Shown: positions 9,249 to 18,698 of the stretch, piece after piece
Position numbering within the stretch: position 1 is the stretch's first letter
Layout: each line of letters starts with the position of its first letter
Assembly: GCA_938084745.1 (NCBI GenBank)
Contig: CALKEZ010000017.1
Span: forward strand, 111,458-175,457
Reading direction: 5' to 3'
Origin: an uncultured Gammaproteobacteria bacterium
Lineage (GTDB): Bacteria; Pseudomonadota; Gammaproteobacteria; Eutrophobiales; Eutrophobiaceae
DNA length: 64,000 bases
Notes under the pieces: generated by a model
Told to the model about the DNA's origin: nothing
Database searches by the model: none
What the model saw: the letters and a program-made list of their open reading frames with translations, nothing else
Program-made: the position numbers and the translations under genes

Positions 9249-9491
9249 ATGATAAGCAAGACAGAAGATGTACTGGAAAAAACTGATCTTAAAACCCTTT
9301 GGTCAGACACATTATTTGAGATGCTCTTTGATGCAATTGAAAATCAATGGTCGAACAATGCCCTTCGGGAAATTCTAAAACATTTAAAAATAAAAGGCCT
9401 AAAGCCAAATAAAATACTTCAGGCAATAGAAAGTCGTTATGGTAAAGAATCTGCACATAAGCTTTATGAAAGATTAAATAGACACCTCTAG
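9249..9491 (+). CDS. Hypothetical protein, 80 aa
   Basis: An ORF convergent with moeA; no recognisable motif. Confidence 0.35.
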   Translation: MISKTEDVLEKTDLKTLWSDTLFEMLFDAIENQWSNNALREILKHLKIKGLKPNKILQAIESRYGKESAHKLYERLNRHL

Positions 9492-10760
9492 TCAAATTAA
9501 CCCGTTAAATGGTTGAACATCAACCAGATCACCTGGGCTAATATCTTCGCTGTCGATGGGCAGTATTATAAAACAATCCGCATCAGCCATGGAGCGTAAA
9601 ATTCCGGAACCTTGAGCGCCGGTTTTTCTAACCACCATTCTTCCGGCTGTATCTTGTTCTAATACGCCTCGCTGATATTCGACACGACCGGGTCGTTTCT
9701 TTAATTTACTAATACAAGGCACTTTTACAATGACAGGGTTTGTTTTCTTTTCGCCGGAAAGCATTCGTAAAGCAGGTTGAACAAATTGATAAAACGTGAC
9801 CATTACAGAAACAGGGTTGCCTGGCAAACCAAAAAAGTAAGTCGAATTTAATTTGCCAAAGGTAAGAGGGCGTCCAGGTTTCATGGCGACTTTCCAAAAA
9901 TTGACATTGCCGTGTTTGATCAATGTTTCTTTTACATAATCAGCTTCGCCAACGGATACGCCTCCTGACGTGATAAGGACATCGACATGACCAGCAGCTT
10001 CTTTGAAAGCCTCATCCATGAGTTGGCGGTCATCTTTAACAACACCCATGTCGGTGATGTCAACGCCTAATCTTGATAGCATGCCATACAAAGTGTAACG
10101 ATTGCTGTCATAAATCATGCCGTCTTCGAGCACTTCTCCCACTGAACGTAATTCATCTCCGGTTGAGAAAAACGCAACCTTAAGTCTTCGAATAACATCA
10201 ACGTTCGCAAAACCTAATGATGCTAACAAACCAATGTCGGCCGGTGTTAGGCGCATGCCTTTTTCCAAAACGAGATCACCGATAGCGAGATCTTCACCAG
10301 CCTGTCGTACATTGTCGCCGGGTTTTGTGTCGTTGCCGATACTGATCTGGTCTCCGGACACATTGACATTTTCCTGTATCACAACAGTATCAGAGCCACT
10401 CGGCATAATCGCACCAGTCATGATTCGTACACATTCACCAGTGTTCAGGCTCTTGTTAAAAGGTCTTCCTGCAAAGCTTGAACCAATCAGGCTCAGTGTT
10501 GTGACGCCATCTTTTGGTAAATCTTTCGCATTGATCGCATAACCATCCATTGCCGAATTGCGCCCGGAAGGAACGTTTATTTCGGAATTAATATCTGTTG
10601 CCAAAACACGATTAAGCGCGTCTCGTATCGGTAATGATTCTGTTTCTGTGATTGCGGAAATCGATTCGAAAATTTTTGCTAATGCTTCATCAGGCAGTAA
10701 AGATTCAGGATCAAAATCATCCATGCAGCTTATGTCTTTATTGATAGTTTTATTTTGCAT
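9492..10760 (-). CDS. moeA: Molybdopterin molybdenumtransferase MoeA
   Basis: A 422 aa protein with MoeA N- and C-terminal domains and a MoCF biosynthesis motif (…ITSGGVSVGEADY…). Confidence 0.9.
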   Translation of the reverse strand: MQNKTINKDISCMDDFDPESLLPDEALAKIFESISAITETESLPIRDALNRVLATDINSEINVPSGRNSAMDGYAINAKDLPKDGVTTLSLIGSSFAGRPFNKSLNTGECVRIMTGAIMPSGSDTVVIQENVNVSGDQISIGNDTKPGDNVRQAGEDLAIGDLVLEKGMRLTPADIGLLASLGFANVDVIRRLKVAFFSTGDELRSVGEVLEDGMIYDSNRYTLYGMLSRLGVDITDMGVVKDDRQLMDEAFKEAAGHVDVLITSGGVSVGEADYVKETLIKHGNVNFWKVAMKPGRPLTFGKLNSTYFFGLPGNPVSVMVTFYQFVQPALRMLSGEKKTNPVIVKVPCISKLKKRPGRVEYQRGVLEQDTAGRMVVRKTGAQGSGILRSMADADCFIILPIDSEDISPGDLVDVQPFNGLI

Positions 10761-10771
10761 CTCTGCTTCCG

Positions 10772-11323
10772 TTATTGATTCGCAACTTTATTTTTCTTTA
10801 AATCAAAAGTGTTAATAATATAATGTGCAATTGATTCGTGATTATTCAAATCCAGAATTGTCACATCCGGTTTTTCTACAAGATCATCATCTGCGGCGAC
10901 GGCAATGATACTCTCATCTGTTTTGCAAATTAGTGGGTGACCCAGACTAGGACGGTGTATCTCGATTTTGGTCAGAGCTTCAGGCTTGAATCCTTCGACC
11001 AATATAATGTCGAGTTTGTCCTGATCCAGATGTGAAATATATTCCTGTAAGCGTATTGCCTGATCAGTTTCTTCTTTTTCTACCATTAAGGCCCAACGTT
11101 TTTTTGAACCAATCAACATCTGACTTGCGCCTGATTTTCTCAATTCGTAACTGTCCTTGCCCGGTTGATCAATTTCAAAATTGTGATGTGCATGTTTTAT
11201 AACACCAACTTCCAAGCCTTCCTTTTTCAACAACGGTATTATGCTGACTAATAATGTTGTTTTGCCTGTGCCACTATAAGCGGCAAAACCCAAAACGGGG
11301 ACTTTAGAATTAATTTCTATCAT
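10772..11323 (-). CDS. mobB: Molybdopterin-guanine dinucleotide biosynthesis adapter MobB
   Basis: A P-loop (GFAAYSGTGKTTL) in a 183 aa MobB-like protein, next to mobA. Confidence 0.85.
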   Translation of the reverse strand: MIEINSKVPVLGFAAYSGTGKTTLLVSIIPLLKKEGLEVGVIKHAHHNFEIDQPGKDSYELRKSGASQMLIGSKKRWALMVEKEETDQAIRLQEYISHLDQDKLDIILVEGFKPEALTKIEIHRPSLGHPLICKTDESIIAVAADDDLVEKPDVTILDLNNHESIAHYIINTFDLKKNKVANQ

Positions 11324-11922
11324 GACAATGTCTCAAACCTAAACTGCGCCTGCTCAACATCTTCAGGTGTATTTATGTTATCAAATGTTTCTGGTACATC
11401 GCTGAAATCTGCAATTGCATAATGGTGCTGTTCAAACCAGCGGTCTATTTTTCTTTCTCCACTGGCAAGATATTTATTTAATGATTCGCGTAAGGATTTT
11501 TTAAGCATACAAAAAACAGGCTGTATACGTTCGCCATTATGTGCAACGCTGAGGTCAGCCTGATTATCTTCAAGTGCTTGCGCCAGTCGTTCTACCAGAT
11601 CATGAGTGATGAAGGGGGTGTCACAAGGTGCGGTTACCAAGTAGTCCGTTTCGATAGCCTGCAACGCACTGGAGATTCCTGATAATGGACCACAATATCC
11701 GGACAAATCATCTTCTACAATCGCAAGACCATACTGTGAATAAATATTACAGTTACGATTTGCATTAATAATGAGCTTCGATGTTTGTGGTTTTAAGGCA
11801 GCGATAATATATTCAATCATTGGTTTATCATTAAGCATTACCAGGCCTTTATCTTCCCCACCCATGCGCCTAGCCTGGCCTCCCGCGAGTATCACACCGG
11901 TAACGTCTGTTTTAATATTCAT
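11320..11922 (-). CDS. mobA: Molybdenum cofactor guanylyltransferase MobA
   Basis: The GVILAGGQARRMGG nucleotidyltransferase motif in a 200 aa protein; overlaps mobB by 4 nt. Confidence 0.85.
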   Translation of the reverse strand: MNIKTDVTGVILAGGQARRMGGEDKGLVMLNDKPMIEYIIAALKPQTSKLIINANRNCNIYSQYGLAIVEDDLSGYCGPLSGISSALQAIETDYLVTAPCDTPFITHDLVERLAQALEDNQADLSVAHNGERIQPVFCMLKKSLRESLNKYLASGERKIDRWFEQHHYAIADFSDVPETFDNINTPEDVEQAQFRFETLS

Positions 11923-11975
11923 TCTTGTAAATAAATTTATATAAGTGGTGGTGGTCAGCTGAAATGAAAATACAC

Positions 11976-12833
11976 TTATTCTTTAACCATATTGGCAACT
12001 TCTCGTTTTGGCGGCAGCACGACATCATACTCAATATTTTCGACACCGTTATACACAAGAAAATGCTTGCTCTTGGCTCTGGATAAGAGGGTGATATTCA
12101 TGTCGCGTGCCAGATTCAAGCCCATTTTAGTAATGCCTGATCGCGATAATAAAACAGGTATTTCCATTTGCGCGACCTTAATGACCATTTCCGAAGTTAA
12201 TCTGCCGGTGGTATAAAATATTTTGTCATTACCCGATATTCCATCCAACCACATTTTGCCTGCAATCGCATCAACCGCATTATGCCGCCCCACATCTTCA
12301 ATAAAAATTAACGGTTCAGTATCATGACAGAGGGCACAGCCATGTACCGCGCCGGCATTCTTATAAACATCATTATAAACATTCAGGTTTTTAAGTAGCT
12401 GATAAAGGCGTGATTGTTTTATTCTGATCGGCTGTATAGCGAGTGCATCCAGATCTTCCATGATGTCGCCGAAGACAGTGCCCTGACCACAACCTGTGGT
12501 AACTATCCTCGGACCTAACTTATCTTTCCAATCATCGCGATCTTCAAAGGTAGTCACTGCTACCGCATTCACATCCCAATCGACCTGAATCGATTTGATT
12601 TCAGTGATTTTTTTTATTAAACCCTGGTTTTTTAAATAGCCCAACGCCAGCATTTCCGGTTGTGTGCCGAGGGTCATCAGAGTGACGATTTCATAACTGT
12701 CGATATATATGGTTAATGGGCGTTCTTCAGCAACGTGGAGTTCGCGTGTATTCTGATATTCATCTGTAGCGAGTACAGCCTGAGTAGGAGAAAGCCCGGC
12801 TGCTGTCATCTCCGGACGGAAGGAGTCCGACAT
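11976..12833 (-). CDS. fdhD: Formate dehydrogenase accessory sulfurtransferase FdhD
   Basis: A 285 aa FdhD/NarQ-family sequence (…GRHNAVDAIAGKM…) embedded in the Moco cluster. Confidence 0.85.
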   Translation of the reverse strand: MSDSFRPEMTAAGLSPTQAVLATDEYQNTRELHVAEERPLTIYIDSYEIVTLMTLGTQPEMLALGYLKNQGLIKKITEIKSIQVDWDVNAVAVTTFEDRDDWKDKLGPRIVTTGCGQGTVFGDIMEDLDALAIQPIRIKQSRLYQLLKNLNVYNDVYKNAGAVHGCALCHDTEPLIFIEDVGRHNAVDAIAGKMWLDGISGNDKIFYTTGRLTSEMVIKVAQMEIPVLLSRSGITKMGLNLARDMNITLLSRAKSKHFLVYNGVENIEYDVVLPPKREVANMVKE

Positions 12834-12834
12834 C

Positions 12835-13848
12835 TCAGCCTCCAGTCACATTCATATGTCTGAATATGATCGGTTTTTCCGTTAAATTAAAATCATGGCC
12901 TTTAGGCTTAATTAACATTGAATCTTTTATCGCTTGTTTCAGCTTGTCCATATCTCCGGGATAGGCGCGGATGACTTTGCGCAGATCGACAGAGTGTTCC
13001 TGGCCAAGACATAATAATAGGCGACCTTCGCATGTCAGCCTTACTCGATTACATTGCTCACAAAAATTGTGACTATGCGGGGAGATGAAACCGACGCGGG
13101 TGTCAGTTTCTGTTAGTTTGTAATATTTGGATGGTCCACCGGTTGTTTCCGTTGTCGGGACCAACGTGAAGGCCTGCTCCAGATCAGCTCTTATTTCATC
13201 ACTGGAATAATATGCTTCGGCACGGTCATGATCGCCAATAACACCCAGAGGCATCTCTTCAATGAAACTGATGTCCATATCTCTATCGCTGGCGTAACGC
13301 ACCAAATCAATAATTTCATCATCGTTGCGATGTTTCAATATGACGGCATTTAGTTTTATTTTTTCAAATCCAACTGCGCGCGCAGCCTCTATGCCAGCCA
13401 GAACATTGCCTAAATCGCCAACACGGGTGATGCGTTTGAATTTATCAGCATCAAGCGAATCGAGGCTGATATTGATGCGTTTAACACCGGCATCTTTTAA
13501 AGGTTGCGCCAGCTTGGTGAGTTGCGAACCGTTAGTCGTTAAAACCAGCTCACTCAAGCCGGGTAACTGGCCGATATCTTCAAATAATTTAACGACGTTA
13601 CGACGGATAAGTGGTTCACCACCCGTGATACGAATTTTTTTAACGCCAAGTTCAGTAAATGCCTGAGCTATCTTTCCAATTTCTTCCAGCGTTAACAGTT
13701 GCGCACGTGGCACAAATTGCATCTCATCATCCATGCAATAGACGCAACGAAAGTCGCACCGGTCAGTGACCGAGATACGCACATAATCGACAACGCGATT
13801 AAACTTGTCGATTAATATTTCATCTTGCTTGTGAGTCTTAGCGTCCAT
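12835..13848 (-). CDS. moaA: GTP 3',8-cyclase MoaA (radical SAM)
   Basis: The CDFRCVYC radical-SAM motif and a C-terminal GG tail in a 337 aa protein. Confidence 0.9.
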   Translation of the reverse strand: MDAKTHKQDEILIDKFNRVVDYVRISVTDRCDFRCVYCMDDEMQFVPRAQLLTLEEIGKIAQAFTELGVKKIRITGGEPLIRRNVVKLFEDIGQLPGLSELVLTTNGSQLTKLAQPLKDAGVKRINISLDSLDADKFKRITRVGDLGNVLAGIEAARAVGFEKIKLNAVILKHRNDDEIIDLVRYASDRDMDISFIEEMPLGVIGDHDRAEAYYSSDEIRADLEQAFTLVPTTETTGGPSKYYKLTETDTRVGFISPHSHNFCEQCNRVRLTCEGRLLLCLGQEHSVDLRKVIRAYPGDMDKLKQAIKDSMLIKPKGHDFNLTEKPIIFRHMNVTGG

Positions 13849-14016
13849 TTAGGTATACAGAATTAATCATTATTATATTTTAACGGTTGTACGGTGTGAA
13901 AGGGAAATTATGAACAATTATAGCGCACTCCTAATTTGAAACATATTTAAATAACAGTGATTTAGCTTAATAAACCCGCGCTTTGCATAAGACTGTTGAA
14001 TAATGCAACAGCACGG

Positions 14017-14487
14017 CTATGACCAGTCTTTATAGGGATGGGTAACAAGACAGATGTTATAATATCGTGGATCTTCCGTGACTTCCTGTCCAACCCAGTC
14101 AGGTAGTGGGAAGGCTTGGTCGACTGAGCTTAATTCGAGTTCAGCAACGATTAATCCCGCATTTTCCCCGGCAAAAACATCTATTTCCCATTCGTGACCC
14201 TGATAATCAACGTGATAACGCGTTTTTTCTATCAAGGGTTTGTCGCATAAAGATTCAAGCATCTCCATAGCGTCAATCAGAGGAATAGCATAATCATATT
14301 CGCTACGCTGGGCGCCAATAGTTTTGCTCTTGATATTAAGGTGAGCTGTTTCACCATTCACCCGAATACGAACAGAGCTTTTATCGTTACTGCTCATATA
14401 TCCCTGCATCATAGGCATGCCTGCATCAGCATTTTTGCGCCAATTCTCATTGGCGAGAAGATATTTTCGTTCAATTTCAATAGCCAT
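14017..14487 (-). CDS. CYTH-domain protein (CyaB-like adenylate cyclase / triphosphatase fold)
   Basis: An N-terminal EIERKYLL signature in a 156 aa protein. Confidence 0.7.
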   Translation of the reverse strand: MAIEIERKYLLANENWRKNADAGMPMMQGYMSSNDKSSVRIRVNGETAHLNIKSKTIGAQRSEYDYAIPLIDAMEMLESLCDKPLIEKTRYHVDYQGHEWEIDVFAGENAGLIVAELELSSVDQAFPLPDWVGQEVTEDPRYYNICLVTHPYKDWS

Positions 14488-14525
14488 GCTTTATGATAAC
14501 GTGAGAATAACAACAATGACATTCT

Positions 14526-15764
14526 ATGTTCCCCACTAAACAATCAATAGAACATCTATTCAATGCGCGCATGATGACGATCCTGCTTTTAGGATTTTCC
14601 TCCGGCCTGCCATTAGCACTCAGTACCGGTACATTGCAGGCATGGTTAGCCGACGTAAATGTCGATATCCGTTCCATCGGTTGGTTTTCCCTAGCCGGAC
14701 TTCCCTATACCCTAAAATTTGTCTGGTCGCCATTAATGGACCGGTTTATACCAAACAAGCTTGGTCGGCGCCGTGGCTGGATGTTTCTAACACAATCCGG
14801 TCTATTAATTCTAATCACCCTCATGGGATTATTAACGCCGGATGAAGACTTAAAGATAATGGGCATGGTGGCATTTTTTATTGCGTTTTGCTCGGCATCG
14901 CAAGATATCGCCTTTGATGCCTATCGCACGGATATTCTGCCCGCACCGGAGCGTGGCTTTGGTGCCGCAGTTTCTGTTGCGGGATATCGGCTCGCCATGC
15001 TGGTTTCAGGCGCAGGTGCTTTAATCATTGCCGATTTCATTGATTGGAAGACAGCATACTTGTTTATGGCAGGTCTAATGCTGATTGGCATGACGACCTC
15101 TTTTTTCTGTTTTCAACCAATTGATAATAATGCGCCCAAGTCGCTGCAAGATGCGATACTTAAACCCTTTGTCGAATTCATAAACAGGCCTTCCGCAATC
15201 CTGTTACTGACATTAATCATTTTATATAAACTGGGGGATGCCTTTGCTGGAACCTTAACGACCACCTTTTTAATTCAGGCACTGGATTTTTCTATATCGG
15301 AAGTGGGGGTTGTTAATAAAGGTTTTGGCCTCATCGCAACATTAGTCGGTGTTGTCTTTGGTGGAGCAATAATGGTACAACTCGGTTTGTATCGTTCCTT
15401 GTTATGGTTTGGAATATGTCAGGCGTTAACCAATCTTGGGTTTATGGTATTGGCGATTCTTGGCAAGAATTATCTGGGTATGATGATCGTGATAGGGATG
15501 GAAAATCTGTCGGGTGGTATGGGTACAGCAGCCTTCGTCGCTTTATTAATGGCTTTATGTAATCACAAGTATACCGCCACACAATTTGCCTTGTTATCCG
15601 CGCTTGCCGCTATCGGGCGTGTGTTTGTGGGACCACCCTCAGGTGAAATTGTCGCGCTATACGGCTGGCAAACGTTTTTCTTGCTGACTTTTTTTATTGC
15701 CCTGCCAGGACTTTATTTATTAACTCGATTGAAAAAAACCTTGCAACACTATGATGTGAATTAA
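14526..15764 (+). CDS. ampG: AmpG family muropeptide MFS permease
   Basis: Strong similarity to E. coli AmpG along the length (LLLGFSSGLPLALSTGTLQAW…FKFVWSPLMDR…GRRRGWM…FCSASQDIAFDAYRTDILPA…). Confidence 0.85.
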   Translation: MFPTKQSIEHLFNARMMTILLLGFSSGLPLALSTGTLQAWLADVNVDIRSIGWFSLAGLPYTLKFVWSPLMDRFIPNKLGRRRGWMFLTQSGLLILITLMGLLTPDEDLKIMGMVAFFIAFCSASQDIAFDAYRTDILPAPERGFGAAVSVAGYRLAMLVSGAGALIIADFIDWKTAYLFMAGLMLIGMTTSFFCFQPIDNNAPKSLQDAILKPFVEFINRPSAILLLTLIILYKLGDAFAGTLTTTFLIQALDFSISEVGVVNKGFGLIATLVGVVFGGAIMVQLGLYRSLLWFGICQALTNLGFMVLAILGKNYLGMMIVIGMENLSGGMGTAAFVALLMALCNHKYTATQFALLSALAAIGRVFVGPPSGEIVALYGWQTFFLLTFFIALPGLYLLTRLKKTLQHYDVN

Positions 15765-16142
15765 TTATTTTCCAATCTTGTAGGTTCTTTTTTTACTTTT
15801 ATAGCGTTGCCCATCCAGAAATCCTTGCCGATATGCATTTTGATAGCGAGAGGTGATTCGGGGGGATGTATAAGTGTTCTTTTCAGGGTATTTATTGCGG
15901 TAATACTGCATGCGATCATATTCATGTTTGTTACCATAACGTCTGTGAATGTCAGATAAGTCATTGTTTCTATTGTTTGAATATGCGTTATAGTAATTTC
16001 TTTGATAATTATTGCCGGGATAATAATTACGATTGTGGGAATAGGTCGGTACTCCGATATAGACTTTAATTTCTGCCTGAACACTCATGGGCAAGAGTAG
16101 TAAAATTGCCGGATAAAAGAGCGTTTTACAGAGTGATGTCAT
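15765..16142 (-). CDS. Secreted Tyr/Asn/Arg-rich low-complexity protein; start taken at the internal ATG, which has an AGGGA Shine-Dalgarno sequence
   Basis: Signal peptide MTSLCKTLFYPAILLLLPMSVQA followed by a mature region with about 20% Tyr plus abundant Asn and Arg. Only the internal start has a plausible Shine-Dalgarno sequence. Confidence 0.5.
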   Translation of the reverse strand: MTSLCKTLFYPAILLLLPMSVQAEIKVYIGVPTYSHNRNYYPGNNYQRNYYNAYSNNRNNDLSDIHRRYGNKHEYDRMQYYRNKYPEKNTYTSPRITSRYQNAYRQGFLDGQRYKSKKRTYKIGK

Positions 16143-16197
16143 GACGTTTTCCCTAATAATTATTGAAACATATTTTTTTAGAGGAGTTTTAGCATAA

Positions 16198-16500
16198 ATG
16201 GTTGCAAAAAAGGACTCTGCCAAAGTTCATACTCCGAGAATAGAGATTCATTACTGCACACAGTGCCGCTTTATATTAAGAGCAAGCTGGTTGGCACAAG
16301 AACTGTTGATGACCTTCGCCGAAAGAATAGGGGAACTTGCCTTGGTTCCTTCCAGCAGTGGTGTATTTGCTGTGCTTGTTGATGGTGAAGAAGTTTTCTC
16401 TAGAAAGACGCACGGTCGATTCCCCGATTCTAAAGAGTTAAAACAACTGATCCGCGATAGAATAGACCCGGCTATGTCACTTGGGCATAGTGATGAATAG
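16198..16500 (+). CDS. Rdx/SelW-family redox protein, Cys form (CxxC)
   Basis: IEIHYCTQCRF near the N-terminus matches the Rdx/SelW family motif; no in-frame TGA. Confidence 0.55.
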   Translation: MVAKKDSAKVHTPRIEIHYCTQCRFILRASWLAQELLMTFAERIGELALVPSSSGVFAVLVDGEEVFSRKTHGRFPDSKELKQLIRDRIDPAMSLGHSDE

Positions 16501-16528
16501 GTCTTTATAGCTGTATATTTGAGGCGTT

Positions 16529-18460
16529 TTAGCGTATTTCTCTAACAACGCGTATGCCGATATGGTCATACACTTTGTCCGATTTGTATTTATCTCTTTT
16601 GGCGTTTCTTATGGATTGCGGCGGGGTGCTATAGGCACCACCTCTTACGACCCGGTAGGAACAATCTCCACCTTCCCAGACTTCTGCGTAGGCCGGTGCA
16701 TCGTTGTAATTATCGTGCCAGCAATCATGAACCCATTCTGCAACATTGCCCGAGGTATCATAAATACCAAACGAATTCGGATCGAAAGTACCAATTTTTG
16801 TTGGTTTTCTCGGGTCAAGGTTAGTGCCACAACCAAAACAATGCGCACGATTCGGCTCTTCGTTGTAACCCCACCAAAAGGTAGATTTCTTACCGGTTGA
16901 TGCCATGTATTCCCATTCTGCTTCAGTTGGCAAACGGTAGCGTTGCCCGGTCTGTTCTGACAGCCATTTTGTGTAATAGTAAGCATCATCCCATGAGACG
17001 AATATTACCGGATGGTTTTCTCTGTCTAGATAAAGTGAATCGGGTATTTTACGCCCTTCGGCTTTGGCAAACAGATCATAATCAGCAAAAGTAATCTCAT
17101 ATTGGCTTACTGCGAATTGGTCAACGGTAACGTCATGCCGTGGCCGTTCATCAGAGTTTTTAGCGCTGCTGCTGCCCATAGCAAATTTTCCATCGGGGAC
17201 AATCACCATCACCGGGCCTTTGCCACCGGACTTTAAATCATCCTGGATTGTTTTACTTTTAGCCGGGGCGGCGACTGTCTTCTTTTCGGGCTCTGTTGCT
17301 GCGACCGTTGCTTCTTCTGCTTCTGCAACGACGGGTTCATTATCGGCCACATCTGCGGCTTCTTCCTCAACAACCGGTTCATCGCCCGATGCGTCTGATT
17401 CAAATTCTGTTTCAACTTCAGTGACAACTGGTGTTGTCTGTTGTGCCGGGTTTTTGCCCATCATGCTGAAAGCGACGCCACCGACAATGAGAATAACAGC
17501 TGCTGCAATACCAATCATCAAGCCTGTTTTACTTTTGGGTTCGGCGGAGCTCGCGGCAGTTTCTTCGGCGACAGCCGGTTGTTCGGATTGTGGTTCTGGC
17601 TCTATTTCTTCTGTCGCAACTTGAGCAATCGGAATTTCTGCTGTTGCTTCGCCGACTTCTTCTTCTGGCTCTGGCATTGGCGCAGGTGCTTCAGCAGCAG
17701 CTGTTTCTTTTACATTAACAACGACGGCAGTGGTATTGTCCTGACGCGGCATATTAGCTTCTTCAACAGCTGTCATTAAGGCATCAGCACATTCCTTGGT
17801 TGATTCAGACCATTCGGAATATTGAATGATCTTGCCCGCGCTCAGGGTATCTAGGCCGTCACTACATAAAATGATCCTATCGCCGGCTTGTAATTCGAGA
17901 GGGGTGGAAGGCACATCAATTTCATTGATGTCTTCTCCGGTAATCGCGCTCATTAACATATTGCGAGATAAGCCAGGCTCTGGCTCTACAGGTGTGCCAT
18001 CGGCTTCCATCCTGTCCAGAAAACCACCGTAACTATGGTCGGCATTTTTCTTGATTAATTCACGGTTACGCACCAGATAACAATGGCTATCACCTACGCT
18101 GGCCCACCACATTTTACCATCTTCCAGGATCGCTGCGACCATGGTGCAGCCCATGCCAGAGAGGGCAGGCGTTTCTTTGACGGTTTCTTTTATTGAATTG
18201 TTGGCCTTGACTACGGCCTGTTCCAGGATGTCAGATATACTATCGGTCGGGTAATTTGCAGATACATGCTTGTTGAATGCCTGAACAGCCATGTTACTGG
18301 CGACATTTCCTGCTGCATGTCCGCCCATGCCATCGGCGATAACAACCAATGCGCTTGGTTTCCCATTCGCATCAGTTAAATTGGTAATAAGGAACGCATC
18401 TTCTTGATAGTCTCGTGCACCATCAATTTGTGAGCCGGCTAATTCAAATTCAAGTGCCAT
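16529..18460 (-). CDS. Membrane-anchored PP2C-family Ser/Thr phosphatase fused to a C-terminal formylglycine-generating-enzyme (FGE/SUMF1)-like domain
   Basis: The N-terminal 250 aa carry PP2C motifs (DGARDYQEDAF…, VIADGMGGHAAG…, …LCSDGL…). An acidic Pro/Glu/Ala-rich linker is followed by a single TM helix (GLMIGIAAAVILIVGGVAFSMMG) and a second acidic linker. The C-terminal roughly 230 aa carry FGE-sulfatase motifs (…RLPTEAEWEYMA…, …GNVAEWVHDCW…, …RVVRGGAY…). Confidence 0.8.
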   Translation of the reverse strand: MALEFELAGSQIDGARDYQEDAFLITNLTDANGKPSALVVIADGMGGHAAGNVASNMAVQAFNKHVSANYPTDSISDILEQAVVKANNSIKETVKETPALSGMGCTMVAAILEDGKMWWASVGDSHCYLVRNRELIKKNADHSYGGFLDRMEADGTPVEPEPGLSRNMLMSAITGEDINEIDVPSTPLELQAGDRIILCSDGLDTLSAGKIIQYSEWSESTKECADALMTAVEEANMPRQDNTTAVVVNVKETAAAEAPAPMPEPEEEVGEATAEIPIAQVATEEIEPEPQSEQPAVAEETAASSAEPKSKTGLMIGIAAAVILIVGGVAFSMMGKNPAQQTTPVVTEVETEFESDASGDEPVVEEEAADVADNEPVVAEAEEATVAATEPEKKTVAAPAKSKTIQDDLKSGGKGPVMVIVPDGKFAMGSSSAKNSDERPRHDVTVDQFAVSQYEITFADYDLFAKAEGRKIPDSLYLDRENHPVIFVSWDDAYYYTKWLSEQTGQRYRLPTEAEWEYMASTGKKSTFWWGYNEEPNRAHCFGCGTNLDPRKPTKIGTFDPNSFGIYDTSGNVAEWVHDCWHDNYNDAPAYAEVWEGGDCSYRVVRGGAYSTPPQSIRNAKRDKYKSDKVYDHIGIRVVREIR

Positions 18461-18698
18461 ACGTTAAGGAAACCCCTTTCAGAAAAGTAATATAATGTAC
18501 TGATATTGTTTATTATTAATTCGTACTTAACGTAGAAAATACTGTTTATTTAATTCTTACATTTTATGTTCGATTATCCTACCAGTCCATCAGTAAATTA
18601 CAAATAAATACTTGATTCGTGTCAATAAATTGGGGTTTGTTACAGATTAATGCATAGTCATAGTATTGTTATCTCGATATGAATAGGAAAGACAGAAG

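Noticed and set aside
13849-14016. Possible Moco riboswitch in the moaA 5' leader
   Set aside because: The minus-strand leader is strongly AT-rich. It has no GC-rich multi-stem architecture of the kind seen in the E. coli moaA Moco RNA motif. Only a small ctgttg…caacag hairpin lies right after the CYTH stop. Not supportable without a covariance-model search.
17220-17779. Plus-strand ORFs (134 aa and 112 aa) inside the PP2C-FGE gene
   Set aside because: They are the antisense reading of the GC-skewed acidic linker region of a well-supported minus-strand gene. Their products are Ser/Ala/Thr or Cys/Phe low-complexity strings with no start context.
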